From the NCBI GenBank assembly GCA_036499345.1, contig DASYDX010000248.1:8600-72599 (forward strand): a DNA stretch of 64,000 nucleotides, read 5' to 3'. The notes under the pieces were generated by a model, which was not told the DNA's origin, ran no database searches, and saw only the letters and a program-made list of their open reading frames with translations. This DNA is from Rhizomicrobium sp. (GTDB lineage: Bacteria > Pseudomonadota > Alphaproteobacteria > Micropepsales > Micropepsaceae). The translations under genes and the position numbers were made by a program. This document shows positions 29,790-40,210 of the stretch, piece by piece; position 1 is the stretch's first letter, and every line of letters begins with the position of its first letter.

Positions 29790-31483
29790 GCTTGCCTGCC
29801 TCCCCCCCATCGCAATCCGAACAGACCGCCGCACAGGCTTTGGTCGCCCAGTTGATCGCGCAAAAAGTGCGCCATGTTTTTTGCGTGCCCGGAGAATCCT
29901 ATCTCGCCGTTCTGGATGCGCTTTACGACAGCGGCATCCAGGTAACCTCGTGCCGCAATGAAGGCGGCGCCGCGATGATGGCCGAAGCCTATGGCAAGGC
30001 GACGGGGCGGCCCGGCATCTGTTTCGTCACGCGCGGTCCCGGCGCCACCAATGCTTCGGCAGGCATTCACATCGCGCATCAGGATTCGACGCCGCTGATT
30101 CTTTTTGTGGGACAGGTCGAGCGCAAAGCCAAAGACCGCGACTCATTCCAGGAACTGGATTATCGCGCCGTGTTCGGCAGCATGACCAAATGGACCGCCG
30201 AAATCGGAGATCCTACGCGCATGGCGGAATATGTCGGCCGCGCTTTTTCCACCGCGATGGCGGGACGGCCAGGACCAGTGGTGCTGGCCCTGCCGCGCGA
30301 TGTTCTGACCGGCAAGGCGCAAGCCCATGATCCCCAATTCATCGAAGCCTTGGAAACCGCACCTGCCCCGGCCCAGATCGCGCATCTTGCAGATCTGATC
30401 GCGGAGGCGCGCCGCCCGCTGCTGCTGTTGGGCGGCGGCCGCTGGACACCGCAAGCCTGCGCCGCCGCCACGCGCTTTGCAGAGCGGTTTCAGATGCCGG
30501 TCGCGACCAGCTATCGTCGCAGCCCTTTGTTTCACCCCGCACATCCAAATTATGCGGGCGATCTGGGCCTCGCGCCCAATCCGAAATTGCTGGCACGCGC
30601 CAAAGCCAGCGATCTGGTGATCGTGGCGGGCGCGCGCCTCAACGAAACCACCAGCCAGGGCTATACGCTATTCGATATCCCGCAGCCGCAGACCAAGCTG
30701 GTGCATGTCTATCCGGGCGCCGAGGAACTGGGCCGCATCTGGCAAGCCCATCTGGCGATCCATGCCTCCCCGCAGCGCTTCGCGGAAGCGCTGGACGGTC
30801 TGACGCCGCGCAGCACTCCTGTCTGGGCAGATGAAGCGCGTACCGCGCACGAAGACTATCTCGCCTGGTCGGAAACACCCGTGCCGCAACCGGGCGCGGT
30901 CAATCTCAGCGCCATCATGATCTGGCTGCGGGAAAACCTTCCCGACGATACGATCCTGTGCAATGGCGCGGGCAATTACGCCTCCTGGATCCATCGCTTT
31001 TATCGCTTCCGGCATTTCGCCACCCAGATCGCGCCGATATCGGCCTCCATGGGCTATGGCGTGCCCGCGGCGGTGGCGATGCAGCAGCTGCATCCCCAGC
31101 GCAAAGTCATTTCGATCAATGGTGATGGCGATTTCCTGATGAACGGTCAGGAATTTGCGACCGCCGTTCAGTACAAGCTGCCGATCATCGTCCTGGTGTT
31201 CGACAACAGTCTTTACGGCACCATTCGCATGCATCAGGAACGCGAATATCCCGGCCGGGTCATTGCCACCGAACTCGTCAATCCCGATTTCGCCGCCTAT
31301 GCCAGAAGCTTTGGCGGCTTCGGCGCGGTGGTGGAAAAGACGGAAGACTTCGCGCCTGCTTTCCGCGCCGCGGAAACCTCGGGCCTGCCCTCGATCCTGC
31401 ATGTCAAATATGACGGCGAAGGGATTACGCCGGTTTCGACCCTGTCCGGCATTCGCGCACAGGCCACCGCCCGTCAGGCGTGA
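29786..31483 (+). CDS. Thiamine pyrophosphate-binding protein (acetolactate synthase-like)
   Basis: VPGESYL, CRNEGGA, TRGPGATN, GDGDFLMNGQE...N TPP motif. Confidence 0.9.
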   Translation: MSLPASPPSQSEQTAAQALVAQLIAQKVRHVFCVPGESYLAVLDALYDSGIQVTSCRNEGGAAMMAEAYGKATGRPGICFVTRGPGATNASAGIHIAHQDSTPLILFVGQVERKAKDRDSFQELDYRAVFGSMTKWTAEIGDPTRMAEYVGRAFSTAMAGRPGPVVLALPRDVLTGKAQAHDPQFIEALETAPAPAQIAHLADLIAEARRPLLLLGGGRWTPQACAAATRFAERFQMPVATSYRRSPLFHPAHPNYAGDLGLAPNPKLLARAKASDLVIVAGARLNETTSQGYTLFDIPQPQTKLVHVYPGAEELGRIWQAHLAIHASPQRFAEALDGLTPRSTPVWADEARTAHEDYLAWSETPVPQPGAVNLSAIMIWLRENLPDDTILCNGAGNYASWIHRFYRFRHFATQIAPISASMGYGVPAAVAMQQLHPQRKVISINGDGDFLMNGQEFATAVQYKLPIIVLVFDNSLYGTIRMHQEREYPGRVIATELVNPDFAAYARSFGGFGAVVEKTEDFAPAFRAAETSGLPSILHVKYDGEGITPVSTLSGIRAQATARQA

Positions 31484-32346
31484 GCGAAATCCCAATACAG
31501 CTTGCGCGCGCGGCGGCAGACCGGCCCGACTTGCATTACGCGATCTTCGATGCGGGTCATCGGCGCGACTTTGCTGAAATTTCCTGCTGAGAAGATTTCA
31601 TCGGCACCGAGAAAGTCTTCATAGCGCAATGTCTTTTCGATCACGGTGACGCCATCGTCACGCAAGAGCTGGATCACGCGCGCTCGGGTAATTCCAGATA
31701 AGAATGTGCCGTTGGCGGCGGGCGTGAAAGCGACGCCGTCCTTGACCATGAAGACATTGGCATTGGCCAGCTCTGCGACATTGCCCAGCATGTCGCGCAG
31801 GACGCAATTGTCGAAACCCCGCCCCGCTGCTTCCAAAAGCGCATGGCCATTGTTGGGGTAAAGGCACCCCGCCTTGGCCCCGACTGGCGCGGTTTCCATG
31901 GTGGGCCGTCGATGCGGTGAAAGCGTGATCGATGCGCCCTGAGGCTCGGGCATCGGGGCTTCATAGATGCACAGACACCAGCGCGTGCTCGCCGGGTCGA
32001 ATTTGACGCCGCCACCCACGCCGGCATCGGCCCAATACATGGGCCGCACATAGAGCGCAGTCTTGCCGTCGAACTTTTTGATTCCGTCCTTGGCCAAGGC
32101 CAACCATTCTTCATCGCTGACAACCGGCTTCAATTTGAAGGCCAAAGCCGAATGGTTCACGCGCGCGCAATGCAGATCCAGATCGGGCGTCACGCCTTCA
32201 AAAACGCGACCGCCATCGAACACGACCGACGCCAACCAGGCGCTCTGGGTGCGCGGTCCCATGATCGCGACATTGCCTTCGTGCCAATCGCCTTCAAAAA
32301 AGGTCCAGGTGCGCGACATATTCGCGGTGGCAATCCGATGCGTCAT
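31474..32346 (-). CDS. Branched-chain amino acid aminotransferase (class IV PLP)
   Basis: VFDGGR, KAGCLYPNN, ELANANVF, LSGITR. Confidence 0.88.
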   Translation of the reverse strand: MTHRIATANMSRTWTFFEGDWHEGNVAIMGPRTQSAWLASVVFDGGRVFEGVTPDLDLHCARVNHSALAFKLKPVVSDEEWLALAKDGIKKFDGKTALYVRPMYWADAGVGGGVKFDPASTRWCLCIYEAPMPEPQGASITLSPHRRPTMETAPVGAKAGCLYPNNGHALLEAAGRGFDNCVLRDMLGNVAELANANVFMVKDGVAFTPAANGTFLSGITRARVIQLLRDDGVTVIEKTLRYEDFLGADEIFSAGNFSKVAPMTRIEDRVMQVGPVCRRARKLYWDFAHA

Positions 32347-33086
32347 GACCTTCCTCCAACAGCAGCTTTCACCGCGTCTCGCATGGGCAGAACCTCGATA
32401 CGCGCTTCGGCCAGACGCTCCAGCACCTCCGACAACATGGCGGGCGTGGAATCATAAGGCCCCGGCTCGGCGCTGACACCATGGGTATAGAACACGATCC
32501 AGGCCCGGTCGTGACGGGCTCTGAGAATAGCACGCGCGATAGCCTCGCTGTCCCAGCAGCGCTGTTCCATCGAAATGGCATTGAGCAGCGCCAGATCGAC
32601 CCGGCCATTGTTCAGCCTGGGATGCACGCCCCGCACATTGGTGAAACGGTGAGCATAGAAGCGCTTGGTGCGCGGCGACGCCAGGCCATAGGGGAAAGCA
32701 TAGCTCTCGGCCGCACCGCCTTTGAGGAAGGGGCGCAGAAATTCCGCGTTGCGCGCCCAATCCTCTTCCAGCACCACCGACGCAAGTTCGGGTGTCGGCT
32801 GATGAGCATAGCCATGGCAGGCGATTTCATGCCCGGCGGCAGCCAGCGCCGAAAGATCGTCTGTATCGTAGAAAACACGCCCTTCCTCGGTGCGGCCGCA
32901 GAACCGGCCCGACGTGTAGTAAGTGGCGCGTACCTTGTACTGGTCCAGGATGAGGCCACCCACGGTCCAGGCGGATTTGGGGAAATCGTCGAAGGTGATG
33001 CTGGCGATGGGCCGCGCGCCGTCCAGGCGAGCCGGACGCACCGGCATCAGACGGGAGACAAGACGATTGAGCCGAACCGGGATCAT
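32343..33086 (-). CDS. Polysaccharide deacetylase (NodB/CE4)
   Basis: ITFDD, HEIACHGYAH, AFPYG, FYTH. Confidence 0.85.
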   Translation of the reverse strand: MIPVRLNRLVSRLMPVRPARLDGARPIASITFDDFPKSAWTVGGLILDQYKVRATYYTSGRFCGRTEEGRVFYDTDDLSALAAAGHEIACHGYAHQPTPELASVVLEEDWARNAEFLRPFLKGGAAESYAFPYGLASPRTKRFYAHRFTNVRGVHPRLNNGRVDLALLNAISMEQRCWDSEAIARAILRARHDRAWIVFYTHGVSAEPGPYDSTPAMLSEVLERLAEARIEVLPMRDAVKAAVGGRS

Positions 33087-33153
33087 GCGCGGATTTTTGC
33101 CCCGAAAGCCTTAACTATTGGAAAAATACAGGAAAAAGGGCTAATGCCGCGCC

Positions 33154-34170
33154 ATGGAAAGCTTTCGGATCGGCGATGTGACCATACCCGGCCGGGTGCT
33201 GATTGCGCCCATGACCGGCGTATCGGATTTGCCATTCCGCCAGGCCGCGTCGCGGCAGGGCGCGCCTTACGTCGCCACCGAGATGGTAGCCTGTGACAGC
33301 TTCGCGCGCGGGCGCCCCGATGTGGTGCGCCGTGCTGCCATCGGAGAGGGTCTTCCTCTGATGGTGATCCAATTGGTCGGGCGCGAAGCCGAGTGGATTT
33401 CCAAAGGCGCAAAATTGGCCGAACAAGCGGGCGCGGACATCATCGACTTCAATATGGGCTGCCCCGCCAAAGAGGTGACAGGCGCACTGTCCGGATCGGC
33501 CTTGATGCGCGATGAAGCTCTCGCATCGCGTTTGATCGGCGCCGCCGTCGAAGGTACGAGCCGCCCTGTCACACTAAAGATGCGTCTGGGCTGGGACGAG
33601 CATTGGAAAAACGCACCCGAGATCGCGGCGCGTGCAGAGCAGCTGGGCGTCAAAGCCATTACCGTGCATGGCCGCACACGGCAGCAATTCTACAAAGGCA
33701 AAGCCGATTGGCGCGCCATCGCTGACGTCAAACAGGCGGTGAAAATTCCCGTCATCGTCAATGGCGATATCGTCGATCTGGACAGCGCGCGCACCGCGCT
33801 TGCGCAATCAGGCGCCGACGCAATCATGATCGGGCGCGGCAGTTACGGACGGCCTTGGGTTGCATCCAGTCTGGCCACTGCTTTGGCGCAAGGTACCGTG
33901 ATGGCTGAGCCTGATGCGCGAACCCGTCTCGCCATATTGCTGGAACACATGGCGGCGTCTTTGAAATTTTACGGCGATGCGCTCGGCCTCAAGGTCTTCC
34001 GAAAACACCTGGGCTGGTATGTCGAAAACGGCCCCCTCGGCACGGTTGCAACACGGCGTGAGGCCAAAGCAACACTTTGCCGGATCGAAAACGCCGCGAT
34101 GCTCGAAAAAGCGGTTTCCCAATTCTGGCTGGATCCGGACTTGGCCGCTTCCGCGACGTCGCCTTTGTAA
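33154..34170 (+). CDS. dusB: tRNA-dihydrouridine synthase DusB family
   Basis: [35 protein letters not shown]. Confidence 0.88.
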   Translation: MESFRIGDVTIPGRVLIAPMTGVSDLPFRQAASRQGAPYVATEMVACDSFARGRPDVVRRAAIGEGLPLMVIQLVGREAEWISKGAKLAEQAGADIIDFNMGCPAKEVTGALSGSALMRDEALASRLIGAAVEGTSRPVTLKMRLGWDEHWKNAPEIAARAEQLGVKAITVHGRTRQQFYKGKADWRAIADVKQAVKIPVIVNGDIVDLDSARTALAQSGADAIMIGRGSYGRPWVASSLATALAQGTVMAEPDARTRLAILLEHMAASLKFYGDALGLKVFRKHLGWYVENGPLGTVATRREAKATLCRIENAAMLEKAVSQFWLDPDLAASATSPL

Positions 34171-34252
34171 AACATCTGTAAAGGCACAGGTCTTTGGTGG
34201 GGAACCCCTTACAATTCCTCGCCTGCCTCCTATGTAAATCATCCGTAAAGGC
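34166..34252 (+). promoter_or_regulatory. Duplicated 20-bp operator (GTAAA-N6-GTAAA) upstream of the RND pump
   Basis: TGTAAAACATCTGTAAAGGC (34166-34185) and TGTAAATCATCCGTAAAGGC (34233-34252), 18/20 identical. Confidence 0.65.
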
Positions 34253-34360
34253 TGGCGTGCGGGCGGGATTTGTACGCGCGGCAGGTTGGGGTTCGGCGCG
34301 GCTTCTGGTAGGAGAACGCGCAAATCGGGGCCGGCATCGCCGGAGTTTTGAGGGGAATTC

Positions 34361-35485
34361 ATGGTGCGCAATTTATCGGTCATGGTGTTCGTCGCGGCCG
34401 TCGTCGCGGCTTGCGGGCAGCAGCAGCAACCGCCGCAGATGACGCCGATGGCGGGGTTCGTTGTCGTCAAGGAACAGCCGGTCCAGCTCACCGCCGAACT
34501 TCCCGGCCGGACCGATCCCACCGCCGTCTCCGAAATCCGCCCGCAAGTCTCCGGCATCATCAAGAAGCGCCTGTTCACCGAAGGCAGCGTGGTGAAGGTC
34601 GGACAGCCGCTCTATCAGATCGATCCCGCGCCCTATCAGGCTGCGTATGACAGCGCGGCGGCAACGCTTTCTGCCGCCAAGACCAAGGCCGTCCGCTTCG
34701 CCGAATTGTTGAAGGCAAGCGCCATCGCGCCTCAGGACAATGACAATGCCCAGTCGGCCTATCTGCAAGCCAAGGCCAATCTGGAAACGGCCCGGATCAA
34801 TCTTGCTTACACCCGCATCACCTCGCCCATCGGCGGGCGCATCGGCGCTTCGAGTGTGACGGAAGGCGCGCTGGTCACTGCGAACCAGGCCAACACGCTC
34901 GCCACCGTTTCAACTCTTGATCCCATCTATGTGGACATCGACCAATCGTCTTCGGAATTGCTGGCGCTGGAACGCGCCGCGCAGGGCGGCCAGATTGATC
35001 GCGGTGGCGCACTGGCCGCGGAAGTCACACTGGTCCTCGATGATGGCAGCGTCTACCCGCTTAAGGGCAAGCTGCAATTCACGGATGTGACGGTCGACCC
35101 GACCACCGGCACCGTGCGCCTGCGCGCGATTTTCCCCAATCCGAACAATTTCCTTTTGCCCGGCCTTTATGTCCGCGCCACCGTCAATCAGGGCACCGAT
35201 CCGCACGGCATTCTGGTGCCGCAGTTGGCGGTTGGCCGCACCCCCAAGGGCGAACCCACGGTTCTGGTCGTGGATGGTGAAAACATGGCCCGCCTGCGCA
35301 CGATCAAGACCGCACGCGTGGTGGATGGCAATTGGCAGGTCGTTGACGGCTTGAAGGCCGGCGACAAGGTGATCGTGCAGGGCCTGCAAAGCATCCGCCC
35401 CGACATGAAAGTCAATCCGATGCCGGCGCAGGCTGCGCCAGCCCAGGGTGGTCCGTCCGCGCCGCAACCTGTCCCCAGCAAGTAA
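34361..35485 (+). CDS. acrA: RND efflux periplasmic adaptor (AcrA-like lipoprotein)
   Basis: Lipobox VAAC; ELPGRT, EIRPQVSGII, YQIDPA. Confidence 0.88.
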   Translation: MVRNLSVMVFVAAVVAACGQQQQPPQMTPMAGFVVVKEQPVQLTAELPGRTDPTAVSEIRPQVSGIIKKRLFTEGSVVKVGQPLYQIDPAPYQAAYDSAAATLSAAKTKAVRFAELLKASAIAPQDNDNAQSAYLQAKANLETARINLAYTRITSPIGGRIGASSVTEGALVTANQANTLATVSTLDPIYVDIDQSSSELLALERAAQGGQIDRGGALAAEVTLVLDDGSVYPLKGKLQFTDVTVDPTTGTVRLRAIFPNPNNFLLPGLYVRATVNQGTDPHGILVPQLAVGRTPKGEPTVLVVDGENMARLRTIKTARVVDGNWQVVDGLKAGDKVIVQGLQSIRPDMKVNPMPAQAAPAQGGPSAPQPVPSK

Positions 35486-35494
35486 GGAGCGCTT

Positions 35495-38400
35495 ATGTCG
35501 CTGTCGCGCTTCTTTATCGACCGGCCGGTTTTCGCCTGGGTCATTGCCATCGTCATCATGCTGGCCGGCGGCATCGCCGCCTTCAGCCTGCCGGTCGAGC
35601 AATATCCCACCATCGCCCCGCCGGCGGTGGCGGTGAACGCCATGTATCCGGGCGCCGACGCGGCGACGGTGCAAAATTCGGTCACCCAGGTGATCGAACA
35701 GCAGCTGACCGGCCTCGACAATCTTCTCTACTTCTCATCTTCGTCCAATTCGGACGGGTCGGTGGTGATCACCGCCACCTTCGCGCCGGGTACCAATGCC
35801 GACATCGCCCAGGTGCAGGTGCAGAACAAAGTGCAGCAGGCTGTGGCGCAGTTGCCCAGCCAGGTGCAGCAGCTTGGCGTCACCGTAGCCAAGGCGCAGA
35901 CCAACTTCCTTCTGGTCGTCGCCATGTATGATGACAGCGGCCGCTACACCACGCTCGACGTTTCCAACTTCATGGCGTCGCGCATGCAGGACCAGCTCAG
36001 CCGCGTCACCGGCGTGGGCAACATTCAGAGCTTCGGCGCCCAGTATGCGATGCGCATCTGGCTCGATCCTTACAAGCTGCACAATTACGGCCTGCAGCCG
36101 TCCGACATCCGCAACGCCGTCCAGGCGCAGAACGTTCAAGTCTCCGCCGGTTCGATCGGCGGACAACCTGCGGTTCCCGGTCAGGCGATGAACGCCACCG
36201 TCACGGCGCAGTCCCAGCTTCAGACCCCCGAACAATTCCGCGACATCATCCTCAAGACCACGCCCGATGGCGCGGTGGTGCATCTGTCGGATGTCGCCCG
36301 CGTCGAACTGGGCGGCGACAATTACGCCGTCATCAGCGAAATGAACGGCTATCCGGCCGCCGGTTTCGCCATCATGCCCGCCCCCGGCGCCAATGCGCTG
36401 AAACTGGTGGACGCCGTGAAGCAGCGTGCGCTGGCGATGGAGCCGACTTTCCCGCCGGGCATGAAGCTGATCTTCCCGGTCGACAATACCGAATTCATCC
36501 GCCTGTCCATCAAGGACGTGGTCAAGACCCTGATCGAGGCGATCCTGCTGGTCGTTTTGGTCATGTATGTCTTCCTGCAGAACTGGCGCACCACTCTGGT
36601 ACCTGCGGTCGCAGTGCCGGTGGTGCTCTTGGGCACTTTCGGCGTCCTGGCGGGCGTGGGTTATTCGATCAATACACTGACCTTGTTCGCCCTGGTGCTG
36701 GTCATCGGCCTTCTGGTCGACGACGCCATCGTGGTGGTGGAGAATGTCGAGCGCATCATGCGCGAAGAAGGTCTGCCGCCCCGCGAAGCCACTTTGCGGT
36801 CGATGCAGGAAATCACCGGTGCCCTGATCGGCATCGGTTTGGTGCTGACGGCGGTGTTCCTGCCGATGGCGTTCTTCGGCGGATCGACCGGCGTGATCTA
36901 TCGCCAATTCTCGGTCACCATCGTCTCTGCCATGGCGCTATCGATCATGTGCGCCTTGATCCTGACCCCGGCCCTCTGCGCCACCCTGCTCAAGCCCGTC
37001 GAAGGCGGTCATCATCAGCATGGCGGCGGAATTCTGGGGCGCTTCTTTACCTGGTTCAATGCCAGCTTCGACGCCACGCGCGACGCCTATCATCGCTATC
37101 TGGGATCGTTTCTGAATCATTCTCGGATCGTGATGGTCCTTTATGCCGTGATCGTGCTGGTCATGGTCGGCCTGTTCTATCGCCTGCCCACCGGCTTTTT
37201 GCCCGACGAAGACCAGGGCTTCATCATCAACCTGATCAATCTGCCGTCGGGCACGACCCAGCCCAAGACCCTGTCCGTCGCCCGTCAGGTTTCGAACCAT
37301 TACCTCAAAGACGAACAGAAGAATGTCGACATGGTGTTCACCGTGGCCGGCTTCAGCTTCCTGGGCGTCGGTCAAAATGCCGGCATCACCTTTGCCCGTC
37401 TGCGTCCCTGGGAAGAACGTCCCGGCGCCGACCGAAGTGCCTCCATGATCGCGCGGCGCGCTTTCATGAATTTCATGGCTATTCCCGATGCACAGGTCTT
37501 CCCGATCGTGCCGCCTTCGGTGCCGGAATTGGGTATCGCCACGGGCTTCGACCTTCAAATGGAAGATCGCGGCAATCTTGGCCATGAAGGCTTGATCCAG
37601 GCCCGCAACATGCTTCTGGGTATGGCGGCGCAGAACCCGCTGCTCGCCGGCGTGCGCCCTGCCAGCCTGGACGACGCCCAGCAACTGCACATCGATATCG
37701 ATCAGGCCAAAGCCAATACGCTCGGCATTGCCACCGCCGATATCGACGCCACCCTGTCGGCGGCCTGGGGCAGCTCCTTCATCAACAACTTCATCGATCA
37801 CGACCGCGTCAAGCGCGTCTATATGCAAGGCGATGCGCCCTACCGCATGTCGCCGGAAGACTTGAACCGCTGGTATGTGCGCAGCAGCACCGGCACCATG
37901 GCGCCCTTCTCCTCCTTCGCCACGGCCAGCTGGGCTTTGGGCCCTGCGACGCTGACCCGGTACAACGGCCTGCCGTCGATCGAAATTCAGGGCCAGGGCT
38001 CGCCGGGCATCAGCTCGGGCACGGCGCTCCAGGAAATGGACAAGATCTTCAAGAAGCTGCCCCAGGGCATCGGCTATGAACTGACCGGCCTGTCCTTCCA
38101 GGAACAGCAGTCCGGCGCCCAGGCGCCCGCGCTTTATGCGCTGTCGATCCTGATCATCTACCTCTGCCTTGCGGCCCTTTATGAAAGCTGGGCAATCCCG
38201 CTTTCGGTGATGCTGGTCATTCCGCTGGGCGTGATCGGTGCGCTGGCCGCCGCCAGCCTGCGCGGCCTTTTCAACGACATCTACTTCCAGGTCGGCCTGC
38301 TCACCACCATCGGCCTTTCCGCCAAGAACGCCATTCTGATCGTGGAGTTCGCGGTGGATGCCGAGAAGAAGGGCATGACGGCGCGCGCAGCAGCGTTGGA

Positions 38401-38617
38401 AGCGGCGCGGCTGCGGCTTCGCCCGATCCTGATGACCTCCATCGCCTTTGTGGCGGGCGTGTTCCCGCTGGCGGTGGCATCGGGCGCAGGCGCGGGCAGT
38501 CAGAACGACATCGGCACGGGCGTGATCGGCGGCATGCTGACCGCCACGATCCTGGCGATCTTTTTCGTGCCGGTCTTCTTCCAGTTGATCAACCGGGGCC
38601 TCCAGCACCACGACTAG
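35495..38617 (+). CDS. acrB: RND efflux permease (AcrB-like, HAE1)
   Basis: SRFFIDRPVFAWV, GLLVDDAIVVVENVER, RLRPILMTS; 1040 aa. Confidence 0.93.
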   Translation: MSLSRFFIDRPVFAWVIAIVIMLAGGIAAFSLPVEQYPTIAPPAVAVNAMYPGADAATVQNSVTQVIEQQLTGLDNLLYFSSSSNSDGSVVITATFAPGTNADIAQVQVQNKVQQAVAQLPSQVQQLGVTVAKAQTNFLLVVAMYDDSGRYTTLDVSNFMASRMQDQLSRVTGVGNIQSFGAQYAMRIWLDPYKLHNYGLQPSDIRNAVQAQNVQVSAGSIGGQPAVPGQAMNATVTAQSQLQTPEQFRDIILKTTPDGAVVHLSDVARVELGGDNYAVISEMNGYPAAGFAIMPAPGANALKLVDAVKQRALAMEPTFPPGMKLIFPVDNTEFIRLSIKDVVKTLIEAILLVVLVMYVFLQNWRTTLVPAVAVPVVLLGTFGVLAGVGYSINTLTLFALVLVIGLLVDDAIVVVENVERIMREEGLPPREATLRSMQEITGALIGIGLVLTAVFLPMAFFGGSTGVIYRQFSVTIVSAMALSIMCALILTPALCATLLKPVEGGHHQHGGGILGRFFTWFNASFDATRDAYHRYLGSFLNHSRIVMVLYAVIVLVMVGLFYRLPTGFLPDEDQGFIINLINLPSGTTQPKTLSVARQVSNHYLKDEQKNVDMVFTVAGFSFLGVGQNAGITFARLRPWEERPGADRSASMIARRAFMNFMAIPDAQVFPIVPPSVPELGIATGFDLQMEDRGNLGHEGLIQARNMLLGMAAQNPLLAGVRPASLDDAQQLHIDIDQAKANTLGIATADIDATLSAAWGSSFINNFIDHDRVKRVYMQGDAPYRMSPEDLNRWYVRSSTGTMAPFSSFATASWALGPATLTRYNGLPSIEIQGQGSPGISSGTALQEMDKIFKKLPQGIGYELTGLSFQEQQSGAQAPALYALSILIIYLCLAALYESWAIPLSVMLVIPLGVIGALAAASLRGLFNDIYFQVGLLTTIGLSAKNAILIVEFAVDAEKKGMTARAAALEAARLRLRPILMTSIAFVAGVFPLAVASGAGAGSQNDIGTGVIGGMLTATILAIFFVPVFFQLINRGLQHHD

Positions 38618-38715
38618 CGGAAACGGAACCGGGCCAACCGGCAACAGTGTCGCAAATGTACAAAGGTTGACATCAACATTTTCCGCCGCTTGAATGCGGG
38701 GACAGGAGGTGCCGC

Positions 38716-39426
38716 ATGGATCATCCGATTGTCAGCCGCGAGGAATGGTTGAAAGCGCGCAAGGCGCTTCTGCTTCGGGAAAAAGAAGAGACCCATTTGC
38801 GCGACGCCGTCCGCGCCGAGCGGCAGGCGCTGCCCTGGACGCGTGTGGAGAAAGATTATCACTTCGACACGCCCGCAGGCCGCCAGAGCCTGGCGGGGCT
38901 GTTCGACGGACGCAGCCAATTGATGGTCTATCATTTCATGCTCGGCCCGGGCTGGAAGGCTGGCTGCCCCGGCTGCTCGTTTCTTTCCGATCATGTCGAT
39001 GGCGCCCTGCCCCATCTGAACAATCACGACGTCACCTGGACGGCTGTGTCGCGCGCGCCGCTGAACGAGATCGAAGCCTACCGGACCCGCATGGGCTGGA
39101 AATTCCCCTGGGCGTCCTCTTTCGGTGAGGATTTCAATTACGACTATCATGTCTCCTTCACCAAGGAGCAGATCGCGCAAGGTTCGGTCGAATATAATTT
39201 CCAACCGATACCGTCCGAACGCGCGAATGAAGAGCTCTTCGGCCTCAGCGCCTTCTTCAAGAACAAGAAGGGCGAAATATTTCATACCTATTCCGGCTAT
39301 TCGCGCGGCGCGGAAGAAATAATGAGTACCTTGATGATTCTGGACCGCACGCCGCTGGGCCGCAATGAAACCGGGACGCTGAGTTTCGTTCGCCGCCACG
39401 ACGAATATCAAAACGCCGCGGAATAG
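38716..39426 (+). CDS. DUF899 thioredoxin-like protein
   Basis: VSREEWLKARKALL, LFDGRSQL, GCPGCS, VSRAP. Confidence 0.88.
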   Translation: MDHPIVSREEWLKARKALLLREKEETHLRDAVRAERQALPWTRVEKDYHFDTPAGRQSLAGLFDGRSQLMVYHFMLGPGWKAGCPGCSFLSDHVDGALPHLNNHDVTWTAVSRAPLNEIEAYRTRMGWKFPWASSFGEDFNYDYHVSFTKEQIAQGSVEYNFQPIPSERANEELFGLSAFFKNKKGEIFHTYSGYSRGAEEIMSTLMILDRTPLGRNETGTLSFVRRHDEYQNAAE

Positions 39427-39445
39427 AGAGAGAAAGGAACCGGAC

Positions 39446-40210
39446 ATGACGGGTCAATTCTTCTGGCATGAACTGATCACCAGCGACGCCAAAGCCGCGG
39501 CGAAATTCTATGGCGACGTCGTCGGCTGGACCGCGAAGGATTCCGGTGTTTCGGGCCACGAATACACGCTGTTCCATATCGGCGACCGCGCCGTGGGCGG
39601 CATGCTGGCGATCACGCCCGATATGGCCAGCCATGGCGCGCGACCGGGATGGCTGGGATATATTTCCGTCGACGATGTGGACGGAACGGCCGCAAAGATC
39701 CGTGAAATGGGCGGCGCCATTCATATCGCACCGATGGAAGTGCCCAACGTCATTCGCTTCACGATGGGCGCGGACCCGCAAGGTGCGGTCTTCTATGCCG
39801 CCAAAGGCTTAGTTGCGAACGCGCCCCCGCCTTTGCCGATAGGCACGCCGGGTACAGTTGGTTGGAACGAATTGATGGCGTCCGATGGGCAGGCTGCCTT
39901 CACTTTTTATGCAAAGCTGTTCGGCTGGACCAAGGATCAGGCCATCGATATGGGCCCGATGGGCACCTATCAGCTCTTTGCCGCGGGCGGCCCGGCAATC
40001 GGCGCCATGATGACAAAGCCCGCCGCGGTTCCCGCACCCTTCTGGGGTTATTATTTCAACGTGCCGTCTATCGATGCGGGCATAGCAAAGATCAAGACCG
40101 GTGGTGGAAATATCCTCAACGGCCCGATGGAAGTACCCGGCAGCATGTGGGTGGTGCAGGCCATGGACCCGCAAGGCGCGCCCTTCAATCTGGTGGCGCC
40201 GAAGCGTTGA
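39446..40210 (+). CDS. VOC/glyoxalase family protein (two domains)
   Basis: Duplicated W-EL-(T/A)SD...FY...GW and DPQGA motifs. Confidence 0.88.
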   Translation: MTGQFFWHELITSDAKAAAKFYGDVVGWTAKDSGVSGHEYTLFHIGDRAVGGMLAITPDMASHGARPGWLGYISVDDVDGTAAKIREMGGAIHIAPMEVPNVIRFTMGADPQGAVFYAAKGLVANAPPPLPIGTPGTVGWNELMASDGQAAFTFYAKLFGWTKDQAIDMGPMGTYQLFAAGGPAIGAMMTKPAAVPAPFWGYYFNVPSIDAGIAKIKTGGGNILNGPMEVPGSMWVVQAMDPQGAPFNLVAPKR

